Source: Escherichia phage ECD7
Sequence record: NC_041936.1
Strand: one strand, 5' to 3'
DNA: 64,000 bases
Position 1 is the stretch's first letter. Every line of letters begins with the position of its first letter. Both the position numbers and the translations under genes were made by a program. The notes beneath the pieces are model-generated. The model searched no databases. It was given only the letters and a program-made list of their open reading frames with translations, and was not told where the DNA came from. Positions 52,666 to 60,407 of this stretch are shown piece by piece.

Positions 52666-55608
52666 ATGGCAGATTTAAGCAGAATCCAATTTAAACGCAC
52701 TAGCACTAAAGGTCGTAAACCTGATGCTAGTACGATGAATCCGGGGGAATTGGCAATCAACCTTGCGGATCAATATCTTCTTACTAAAAATGATTCCGGT
52801 GCTATTATCAATTTAAGTTGTCCTCCGGTGTATGACCGCGATGTTACAATGGCGGGTAAGGTTAAAGGTAATAATTATATCTTAAGTAAAACCGCCAACT
52901 ATTTGGAAGACCAGACAGCGAGAGATCTTAACTACTTTGGCGCTTTCTGTACCAATGGTCTTGATGGTCTTCTCGAACTCACGCTAAACGTTCCTCACTC
53001 TTCCGGTGTCCAACATGGTCGAGGATTTACTTTCCAGTATGGGCACACTGGATCGCGCGTAGAAACTTATGGATATAATGCACAAGGACAAAAAGCATTT
53101 AGCTATAAAATGTATCACGAAGGTGATAAACCAACTCCAGGAGAATTGAACGTTTATAGCAAACAAGAAGTTGACCGTATGTTTGTTAAAACCGTTAAAC
53201 TTGCTACAGTTCCTGTTGATATAGTTGACGGTTATTTTAAATTAGCGACTGCGATGATTCCGCAAAACGGTCGTAGCGTATTTTTCCGTATTCATGGTGG
53301 TAACGGATATAACGTTACTGCATACGATCAAGTTGATATTGTAGAAATTGTTATTCGCAGTGGAAATAATCGTCCTAAAGGTGTTAACGTTATTGCATAC
53401 CGCCGAAATACAAACAAAGCATTTGATGTTTTGGCTGTTAATACTTCTGGTGATAACTATGATATCTACGTGAAATATCAGCGTTACACTGATAACGTTA
53501 TTGTTGAATTTGGTAAAAGTGTTGATGTTGATCTGGTAGTCCATGACGTTCCAGATTTTGTTGTTGATCGTCCTGTTGGCGATAATGTTATTGGCGGTCG
53601 CGCGGTAACTCTTTTCAACACCGAAAACAAACGAGGTGTGTTGAGTTTTGACGACAACACACAAAATAGTTATGATATTGTTCACTTGAGTAATGATAGG
53701 GGTACTGGACGGAAATATATTCGTAAATTCCGTAGCAACTATAACGAAATGATCTGGCATGAGACGGTTCAAGGTTCTACTTATCGACTCGCCACGGGTA
53801 GTACAGATGCCCAGGAGATTCTATCCGTTGAATCTAGTAGCTCTATTGCTGGGACTCATAAAGGTAATATTCTTTCTGGTCGAATGATGTTGGGTGGCGG
53901 TAGTAATGTTATTACCTTGCGGCGTCCTGCTGGTCAATCCAACCATATTACGTTTCAAGATAATCGGACTGGATCTATTACCCGTCAAGGGTGGATCGGT
54001 TATGGTAATGCTGATACTAACGTTTTTGAATGGTATAGTGATGTAGGTGGTACTTCTATTCGTCACCACATCGACGGACAGATCGAACTTGCAACCGGTA
54101 ACACAAAACGAGTTTATACTAACGCTCAATTCATCTCAATGAATAGCAACGCCTACCGTATGCTATACGGTAATTATGGTGCATTCTGGCGTAATGACGG
54201 CGTTAAAGTTTATCTTCTTTCTACTGCCGAAAATGATAAATTGGGTGGATGGAATAGCTATCGTCCATTCATTTATGATTTAACTTCCGGTAACGTTCAA
54301 TTAGGCGGTGATGGTAACGAAGATGCATTAACGTTAGAACTTGCTTCTCGTGCCGCTCGCTTTAGTAATGACGTTTACATTAAGAAAGGGCATTTGACTT
54401 TCGACGCTGGGCGCTCTGGATCTCGCGATTACTTCCGGTTTAACCATTGGGGTGATAGCAATAATGCCCGTGATAACATTCTATATCTAGAAGACAGTAA
54501 AGGTCGACATTTTAGCACCGAGCGTAATATGGCAACGGGTGCATTAAAAGCCGACTTCTTAGGCGATCTTGAAGTTGGTGGTAAGTTGACATGGGGTAAA
54601 AATACAGCTACATCTAGCTTTAATATTCGTGCATGGGGTAGTGATTCTCGTAAGCAAGTATTAGAATGCGCGGATGAAAGTGGTTGGCATTGGTATACCC
54701 AACGTGCTGGCGGTCCAGGTACTGAATTAATCGATTTTGCCATTAATGGTACTGTTAAGCCTAAAGCAATTCACACTGGCGGTAATATTACCCTGAACGG
54801 TCCTGATATTGAGTTTAAACGCGCTGGCAATAAGCACATCTGGTTTAGAGATCCAGACGGTTTAGAGTTAGGCTTGATGTACTGCGATGATGCTGGTGCT
54901 ATTCGATTCCGTGGTCAGAAACAAGCCCAAGCGTGGAAATTTGCAGATAAAATGATCCAGTTGGAATCTGGTACTGTAACCGGTGGCGGTAATGGCCTGA
55001 TTCGTGGTGAAGTTGCTGGCGGTAGTTGGGCTAGCTGGCGTGACCGTGCTGCTGGCCTTATGGTTGGGTGTCCTCAATCCACCAACTCGGCACATAACGT
55101 ATGGAAAGCGACGCATTGGGGTAAATATCACATTGCAGCAATGGCTGTACATGTTCCTGATGGTACTATTACCAATGCTTTAGCTCGCCTAAACGTTCAT
55201 GACGCCAACTTTGACTTTAGCGCATCCGGTGACTTGTCGGCAGGTCGTAACGGTTCGTTTAACGATGTGTATATTCGTTCTGATGCTCGCCTTAAAATCA
55301 ATAAGGAAGAGTATAAGGAGAATGCCACCGATAAAGTTAATCGCTTGACGGTATACACCTATGACAAGGTTAAATCTTTAACCGACCGTACTGTCATTGC
55401 TCATGAAGTTGGTATTATTGCTCAGGATCTTGAAAAAGAATTGCCGGAAGCCGTAACAACTTCTAAGATCGGCGACCCAGATAATCCAGAAGAGATCTTA
55501 ACAATTTCTAACTCTGCTGTCAACGCTCTTTTAATTAAGGCGTTTCAGGAAATGAGCAAAGAATTGAAAGCCGTTAAAGCTGAACTAGCAGAACTTAAAA
55601 AGAATTAA
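52666..55608 (+). CDS. 37: long tail fibre distal subunit gp37 with C-terminal intramolecular chaperone domain
   Basis: N-terminus ..IQFKRTSTKGRKPDASTMNPGELAINL.. matches T4 gp37; C-terminus ..YIRSDARLKINKEE.. to end resembles peptidase S74 autoproteolytic chaperone domains. Confidence 0.85.
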   Translation: MADLSRIQFKRTSTKGRKPDASTMNPGELAINLADQYLLTKNDSGAIINLSCPPVYDRDVTMAGKVKGNNYILSKTANYLEDQTARDLNYFGAFCTNGLDGLLELTLNVPHSSGVQHGRGFTFQYGHTGSRVETYGYNAQGQKAFSYKMYHEGDKPTPGELNVYSKQEVDRMFVKTVKLATVPVDIVDGYFKLATAMIPQNGRSVFFRIHGGNGYNVTAYDQVDIVEIVIRSGNNRPKGVNVIAYRRNTNKAFDVLAVNTSGDNYDIYVKYQRYTDNVIVEFGKSVDVDLVVHDVPDFVVDRPVGDNVIGGRAVTLFNTENKRGVLSFDDNTQNSYDIVHLSNDRGTGRKYIRKFRSNYNEMIWHETVQGSTYRLATGSTDAQEILSVESSSSIAGTHKGNILSGRMMLGGGSNVITLRRPAGQSNHITFQDNRTGSITRQGWIGYGNADTNVFEWYSDVGGTSIRHHIDGQIELATGNTKRVYTNAQFISMNSNAYRMLYGNYGAFWRNDGVKVYLLSTAENDKLGGWNSYRPFIYDLTSGNVQLGGDGNEDALTLELASRAARFSNDVYIKKGHLTFDAGRSGSRDYFRFNHWGDSNNARDNILYLEDSKGRHFSTERNMATGALKADFLGDLEVGGKLTWGKNTATSSFNIRAWGSDSRKQVLECADESGWHWYTQRAGGPGTELIDFAINGTVKPKAIHTGGNITLNGPDIEFKRAGNKHIWFRDPDGLELGLMYCDDAGAIRFRGQKQAQAWKFADKMIQLESGTVTGGGNGLIRGEVAGGSWASWRDRAAGLMVGCPQSTNSAHNVWKATHWGKYHIAAMAVHVPDGTITNALARLNVHDANFDFSASGDLSAGRNGSFNDVYIRSDARLKINKEEYKENATDKVNRLTVYTYDKVKSLTDRTVIAHEVGIIAQDLEKELPEAVTTSKIGDPDNPEEILTISNSAVNALLIKAFQEMSKELKAVKAELAELKKN

Positions 55609-55650
55609 GGAAAATTCCCAGGGAAGGGAAACTACTAAGGAGAAACGGCT

Positions 55651-55890
55651 GTGGTCTATAATATCATCATTGGTGCTTTGTCTAATTTCGGAATGAAATT
55701 ATTGTCAAAGTTAATTAGTGAAAAGATGCTCACTAAAATTTTCTTCTACTGCGCTCGTCGTCTTGCGGCTTATACCAATACGCCAATTGATGATCGTTTT
55801 GTGGAAGAACTTTATAAGGAGTTTAATAAAGATCAGTCAGAAGATAGTAACGAGCAAGATAAACCTAGTGATAGTCAAGTACCTAAATAA
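55651..55890 (+). CDS. hypothetical small protein (GTG start)
   Basis: 79 aa, AAGGAG SD 8 nt upstream of GTG; hydrophobic N-terminus, acidic tail; occupies the gp38 position but is not gp38-like. Confidence 0.4.
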   Translation: MVYNIIIGALSNFGMKLLSKLISEKMLTKIFFYCARRLAAYTNTPIDDRFVEELYKEFNKDQSEDSNEQDKPSDSQVPK

Positions 55891-55923
55891 GAGTACACTG
55901 TCATAGTTATCTTAGGGCATTAT

Positions 55924-56580
55924 ATGCAAGTTTCTGAAAAAGAGAAAGACTTTGCTATCTCAAATGTCCTGCGCGCTATTTTCACAACTAAAAGCACGGA
56001 GTTGCTCGTACTTCGTGTTTTTGCTGCCGTCGTGTTGTCCATATTGGCATTTGTCGTTTATAGTAAAAACGAGTTATTTGCGCTTTATAAAGAGACTCGT
56101 TATGAGACTTATGCTCACATTCTCCAGGTAGAGAAAGACCGCAATTTTGATAATGCAGCACAGGAGCAGTTACAGATAGTTCATGTGTCGGCTGATGCCG
56201 ATTTTTCTGCTGTTTTTAGTTTTCGTCCGAAAAACCTAAACTATTTTGTTGATTTGGTGGCATATGAAGGAAAGCTACCGCACACAATCGATGAAAAAAA
56301 TTTAGGCGGATTCCCTATCAATAAAACGAGTGAAGAATATCGTAGGCATCTTTTAGGTAAATCATATTTTACCGATAAAGATTTCCAGTATATTCCATCA
56401 AGAGAAAAGAAATTAGAGAATATCGATATAGGTTTCATGTATTCTTGTCCTATATTCAATCTCGATAATGTCTATTCTGGTAGTATCGCCATTTCATGGA
56501 AGAATAAACCGGATATTGACATTGAGAATTTAGATACTCTTTGCAATCAATCTGCCAGAATCCTCGGAAGGATTAGATAA
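55924..56580 (+). CDS. t: holin T
   Basis: 218 aa; ..YETYAHILQVEKDRNFDNAAQEQLQIVHVSADADFSAVFSFRPKNLNYFVDLVAYEGKLP..ARILGR matches recalled T4 holin T. Confidence 0.85.
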   Translation: MQVSEKEKDFAISNVLRAIFTTKSTELLVLRVFAAVVLSILAFVVYSKNELFALYKETRYETYAHILQVEKDRNFDNAAQEQLQIVHVSADADFSAVFSFRPKNLNYFVDLVAYEGKLPHTIDEKNLGGFPINKTSEEYRRHLLGKSYFTDKDFQYIPSREKKLENIDIGFMYSCPIFNLDNVYSGSIAISWKNKPDIDIENLDTLCNQSARILGRIR

Positions 56581-56585
56581 CTTAA

Positions 56586-56617
56586 AGGGGAAGCCTTTCG
56601 GCCTCCCCTTCTTTTTA
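56586..56617 (+). terminator. rho-independent terminator downstream of holin t
   Basis: GGGGAAGCCTTTCGGCCTCCCC hairpin followed by TTCTTTTTATT. Confidence 0.65.
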
Positions 56618-56863
56618 TTGGCGCATAGAAGCCCCTGAATCACATTTTGACGCTGTATGATGAAAACAGGTAGCGTACCAGTCATCGGCTTGTTTGTCTT
56701 CGTCAGAAAACGCGTAATTGCGTTGTATGCCGTTTTCTACTTTGACCAGTGCAATAGCTGTTTCTGGAAGATCAATCAATCGGACAAAATCGCCATCTTC
56801 CCATTCTACACGAGCAATATCATAACCCATCTCAAAGTATACAATCGCTTGTTCTAATTTCAT
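56615..56863 (-). CDS. DUF2829-like (Tad2-like) small protein, tentative
   Basis: 82 aa; ..LEQAIVYFEMGYDIARVEWEDG.. and C-terminal ..DKQADDWY.. follow the pattern I associate with DUF2829; pattern-level only. Confidence 0.45.
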   Translation of the reverse strand: MKLEQAIVYFEMGYDIARVEWEDGDFVRLIDLPETAIALVKVENGIQRNYAFSDEDKQADDWYATCFHHTASKCDSGASMRQ

Positions 56864-57192
56864 TCTGGAAACTTCCCGTAAATGTTCTCTGCCAACATAC
56901 GCGCATCGCTAATGATATCTTTCATGCTATGACCGTAGTGTTCAGCCATTGAGTTGACACAATCAACAAAGAAATTATAACGGCGACGGTTTAAGATTTC
57001 TTCTCTGCTATAGTTTTCATATTTGACGGTCGAGTGTGCTTTCTCGATTGCCTTGATTGCTATATTGACTTCATTGATAATGGTTTTAGCATTGTATGCG
57101 CCACGACGGATCAGGATATTTGTCAATTCTCTTGCAATATCTTGCAATTCTTCATATTCATGTTCAAACATAATCAACCTCTCAAAATACAA
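56860..57192 (-). CDS. hypothetical early protein
   Basis: 110-aa ORF. Confidence 0.5.
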   Translation of the reverse strand: MYFERLIMFEHEYEELQDIARELTNILIRRGAYNAKTIINEVNIAIKAIEKAHSTVKYENYSREEILNRRRYNFFVDCVNSMAEHYGHSMKDIISDARMLAENIYGKFPE

Positions 57193-57195
57193 TCC

Positions 57196-57540
57196 TTACA
57201 GATGAAAACCTGTTACGATCACCGCATCGATCTTACCGCTAGGAATAAACGGTTCGCCCTCTTTTATTTCAACTTTGAATTGATGCCATTTCGCTAATAC
57301 TTCTTCCGGTACACCCAGCGATTCGGCGTCTGCTTTAGTTTCATCCATAATCCAACTAGGCTGCATGAGAGCATAGTTTACATAGTCCATTTCTGGGGTC
57401 ATGTCATCAATGTTAATATATTTGCAGTTGACGCGTTTCAGAATTTCAAATTCTTTATTGTCAACCTGTACCATGTATAATTCAGTAGTTTCTGGAATCA
57501 GTTCCCACACAATCAGTACATTTTTCATAGTTCGCCTCAC
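57196..57540 (-). CDS. hypothetical early protein
   Basis: 114-aa ORF. Confidence 0.5.
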   Translation of the reverse strand: MRRTMKNVLIVWELIPETTELYMVQVDNKEFEILKRVNCKYINIDDMTPEMDYVNYALMQPSWIMDETKADAESLGVPEEVLAKWHQFKVEIKEGEPFIPSGKIDAVIVTGFHL

Positions 57541-57905
57541 TTAACAAACATTTTCTTTAATGCTTTCAGGATCGTTGCTTCCGGCGCTTCTTCCGGTGGA
57601 GGAAGCAATTCTACCACTTCCTCTTCCAACTCGATATAGTCTACCAGATATTCTACATAGAATGCAAGTGCTTCCATGAAATTAAATGCTACATCCGATT
57701 CACCACAAGCGCCTACATGCATTGTATAAACATCACTGCGATCAAGTTTGTGGATGCTTCCCAGATAGTTTCGGTTATACCAGACTTCCCACACTTTCAG
57801 CTTTCCGGTTTTGGTTGCTGTTTTATAATCGGTTTCGTAATGATGCAATTGACGTTGCAAATCATTGATAATAACACATTTTTCGTAATTGTTTTGAATT
57901 TCCAT
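57537..57905 (-). CDS. hypothetical early protein
   Basis: 122-aa ORF with acidic tail. Confidence 0.5.
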   Translation of the reverse strand: MEIQNNYEKCVIINDLQRQLHHYETDYKTATKTGKLKVWEVWYNRNYLGSIHKLDRSDVYTMHVGACGESDVAFNFMEALAFYVEYLVDYIELEEEVVELLPPPEEAPEATILKALKKMFVK

Positions 57906-57915
57906 GATGTAATCC

Positions 57916-58107
57916 TCACTTATCGTTAAGAAGTTCTAAAACTTTCTGTCGTACTTTGTCAATATTAGTTGATTCAAAAACTGTACGGTATCCCCAGCTT
58001 TGACCGTATGAGCGGTTGCAATCTCCATATCCCCATTGTTCAACCTGGTAGTATTCAAGGAATGGATGCTGCCGAACTATGATACCATCGCGATTAAAAA
58101 TTACCAT
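57916..58107 (-). CDS. hypothetical small protein
   Basis: 63-aa ORF. Confidence 0.45.
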   Translation of the reverse strand: MVIFNRDGIIVRQHPFLEYYQVEQWGYGDCNRSYGQSWGYRTVFESTNIDKVRQKVLELLNDK

Positions 58108-58130
58108 AATATAATCCTCACGTCAACAAC

Positions 58131-58418
58131 TTATTTTCGGTTGTGGTCACGATATGTTTTAAAATATCCCTCGTACCACGGTAAAATATCTGGATTTTTA
58201 CCACTATACAGACTTTTAACCATCATGTCAATAAGGCCATCTGGTGTTTGATAGTTTCCAGCTTTTATAAGCTCTCTGATTAAAATCTCTCTGTATATGT
58301 CTTTCGGATCTTCGTAATCAACTTGTATTGTGGTTGTGGTCTCATTCAATTTTGTTTCTGGAGTATCTCGCATTGCATCCCACCAATCTTTTGTGACCTT
58401 AATGTTATTGAATTGCAT
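58131..58418 (-). CDS. hypothetical early protein
   Basis: 95-aa ORF. Confidence 0.5.
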   Translation of the reverse strand: MQFNNIKVTKDWWDAMRDTPETKLNETTTTIQVDYEDPKDIYREILIRELIKAGNYQTPDGLIDMMVKSLYSGKNPDILPWYEGYFKTYRDHNRK

Positions 58419-58429
58419 AATTTAACCTC

Positions 58430-59188
58430 TTACTTGCAAACGTATTGATCTACATCAATTGCGCCACCGAATGTGGGATGACGTTTTTCAAATCGAATAG
58501 TTCCGTCGTTTGGTTCGAAAACGGAGTATTCATATAGATCTTTCTTGCCAACATTCTTATAAAACCCACCTTTAGTCATAACGGTTTCTTGTACGTTTGC
58601 TTTGTGTACGTTGTATTCGTCAATGTATACAAAATCAACCATCTTCCCATTTTTAATGGTTACTTTAAGATCTCCTGGCTGGTTTCCATATTTTGCATAC
58701 AGTGGAGCCTCTTTAATTTTTGTGGAAATTCCATCTTTCATACTCCACTCATAACGAACGGTGCATTGATAGGTAAAAGTTTCGACCTTCGGTTCTTCTA
58801 CCACTTTTGCTTCCTGTTTCGGTTGTTCTTCTTCAACCTTCGCAGAAGTCTCTGAATCTCTCTCTGACTCGGTTTCTTCTTTAGGTAATACATTCATCAA
58901 GTTTTGGATTTGAGCGTTATATACAACCTCCAGTGGCTGAATCTGCCCGATATTGATCATTGTATCACGAACAGTTTTATTCCAGTTGCGTTGCTCTTGT
59001 TTAAGAGACGGATCAATCTTAACAGCCTTAACATATACCTCATGAAGTTTCGAATCCAGTGCGGAGATTGACTCATTAGCACAAATAAACTTCTCTGATT
59101 TGGTAGTGGCTTTAGCGCAATCAAAGGACGCAGCATTAGCACCGAAAGCAGTAGCGGAAAGAACGATAGCAGCGATAATGTTTTTCAT
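58430..59188 (-). CDS. secreted protein with DUF1311 (LprI-like) N-terminal domain, tentative
   Basis: cleavable signal peptide MKNIIAAIVLSATAFGANAAS; ..FDCAKA..FICANE..LD..L..Y......QRNW..RD.. pattern; promoter cassette upstream. Confidence 0.55.
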   Translation of the reverse strand: MKNIIAAIVLSATAFGANAASFDCAKATTKSEKFICANESISALDSKLHEVYVKAVKIDPSLKQEQRNWNKTVRDTMINIGQIQPLEVVYNAQIQNLMNVLPKEETESERDSETSAKVEEEQPKQEAKVVEEPKVETFTYQCTVRYEWSMKDGISTKIKEAPLYAKYGNQPGDLKVTIKNGKMVDFVYIDEYNVHKANVQETVMTKGGFYKNVGKKDLYEYSVFEPNDGTIRFEKRHPTFGGAIDVDQYVCK

Positions 59189-59251
59189 AATATATTCCTC
59201 AATGTTTTGTCTTGATGGGAGTATCTTACTACTCCCTTAATCCGGTGTCAA
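59189..59251 (-). promoter_or_regulatory. early promoter cassette (PeSL-like) 17
   Basis: TTGACA, CCGGATTAAGGGAGTAG, TAAGAT with GGGAGTAGTAAGATACTCCC inverted repeat, leader CATCAAGACAAAAC. Confidence 0.5.
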
Positions 59252-59258
59252 CTACTTT

Positions 59259-59414
59259 TTAAATTTCTTCTACAGTAAAGTCTTCAATGTTGTTGTGCTC
59301 GGAGAACGTTGCCAGACCAGCATTCCATGCATCATCCTCAGAGAAGAATACACCGTAACGTTCATATCCTTTAGCGCCTTCAAATTTAACCATTAATTTG
59401 TGAGTATGTTTCAT
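59259..59414 (-). CDS. hypothetical small early protein
   Basis: start set to ATG MKHTHKL.. downstream of promoter cassette. Confidence 0.45.
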   Translation of the reverse strand: MKHTHKLMVKFEGAKGYERYGVFFSEDDAWNAGLATFSEHNNIEDFTVEEI

Positions 59415-59473
59415 TTTGATTCTCCTTCGTTGTCTTGATGGGTTTAGTATAGGGGATCGCCGATCCCCTGTCA
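59415..59473 (-). promoter_or_regulatory. early promoter cassette (PeSL-like) 18
   Basis: TTGACA, GGGGATCGGCGATCCCC, TATACT, leader, GGAGAATCAAAATG. Confidence 0.6.
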
Positions 59474-59484
59474 ACAACTATTTT

Positions 59485-59697
59485 TTAATTTTTACCCGCT
59501 CGTGCATTAATACGCATTTTCTGCATAGCCATGATCTGGCTTACTGCTTCTTCTTTACGTTCTTGCGTGATAACGTGACCAGATTCAGCAAACTCTCCCG
59601 CAACTTCTTCTACGATCTCGCGAACTTGAGAACGTCCAAAGATGCGGTTTCCTTCGTAGCTCATAAATTCAGTCACTACTTGCTCAATAGATTTCAT
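59485..59697 (-). CDS. hypothetical small early protein
   Basis: 70 aa, promoter cassette upstream. Confidence 0.5.
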   Translation of the reverse strand: MKSIEQVVTEFMSYEGNRIFGRSQVREIVEEVAGEFAESGHVITQERKEEAVSQIMAMQKMRINARAGKN

Positions 59698-59755
59698 GTG
59701 ATTCTCCTTTTGTTTGGTATTTGTGTATTATGCAATGATGGATTATGGAAGTCAA
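59698..59755 (-). promoter_or_regulatory. early promoter cassette 19
   Basis: TTGACT, 17 bp, CATAAT, leader, GGAGAATCACATG. Confidence 0.45.
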
Positions 59756-59767
59756 CAACTTTTAAAA

Positions 59768-59794
59768 TAAAAAAGCCGACCACAAGGATCGGCT
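59768..59794 (-). terminator. rho-independent terminator
   Basis: AGCCGATCCTTGTGGTCGGCT hairpin then TTTTTTATTTT on minus strand. Confidence 0.6.
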
Positions 59795-59804
59795 TAATAA
59801 TCAG

Positions 59805-60200
59805 TTACTTACTAAATTTCTTTTTGGCTTCGTCTACTGCATGAGATGCTAGTACCGCTGCCGCATGTGCACTTTTATCTGTGTTGCAGAGAACACCCAG
59901 ATAAACATCACGCCAAAGTTTAATCATCTCATAGATCATATCAATATCATTTTCTTGTTTGTTGGCGATGCTATTCGTTGTTATCTGGTAAGGTAACGGC
60001 TTAATCTGTACTGGTTCCGCCATAGGGCTAATCGGTTTCGGATCAGTCATAATAGGTGCTGTTGTGGGTGGTGTTTTCCATACACCATTATTCCACGGTT
60101 TAATCGTTGTGTCGTAAAGTTTATAAGGATTTTTGTCTGGGTCAACCATCCATGCATGATGAGTACCCAAACCATTTGAAGTGATGCGTCGTTCAGTCAT
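59805..60200 (-). CDS. hypothetical protein
   Basis: 131 aa, terminator hairpin downstream. Confidence 0.5.
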   Translation of the reverse strand: MTERRITSNGLGTHHAWMVDPDKNPYKLYDTTIKPWNNGVWKTPPTTAPIMTDPKPISPMAEPVQIKPLPYQITTNSIANKQENDIDMIYEMIKLWRDVYLGVLCNTDKSAHAAAVLASHAVDEAKKKFSK

Positions 60201-60203
60201 AAT

Positions 60204-60407
60204 TTATTTCCTCTCTGAAAATTCTTTCATCAAGCTGTCGATCTTTGCTCTGTGTTCTGGTGTGTTTGTCATCTCTGCTAATTTGCTCAGAGATTCAATA
60301 GTGATCCGGTTGGCTTCTTCCATAGTCTCAACGACCATTGGCACAATCTTTTTATTGTTGTACACAAATGCAATATAACCGCCTTCTGGATATTCTTTCA
60401 TAATCAA
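60204..60407 (-). CDS. hypothetical small protein
   Basis: 67-aa ORF immediately downstream of gene 52. Confidence 0.5.
   Translation of the reverse strand: MIMKEYPEGGYIAFVYNNKKIVPMVVETMEEANRITIESLSKLAEMTNTPEHRAKIDSLMKEFSERK

Noticed and set aside
53242-53772. 176-aa minus-strand ORF inside gp37 (and similar antisense ORFs in genes 34, 36, 37, nrdA, td, ligase)
   Set aside because: Overlap strongly supported structural or enzyme genes on the opposite strand; no SD or promoter context.
55651-55890. gp38 adhesin/chaperone at the position after gene 37
   Set aside because: The 79-aa ORF has no glycine-rich or hypervariable gp38-like features, and gp37 carries its own C-terminal chaperone domain.
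56615-60200. MotA and AsiA homologs between holin t and gene 52
   Set aside because: None of the small ORFs matched the AsiA or MotA sequences as I recall them; left as hypothetical proteins.
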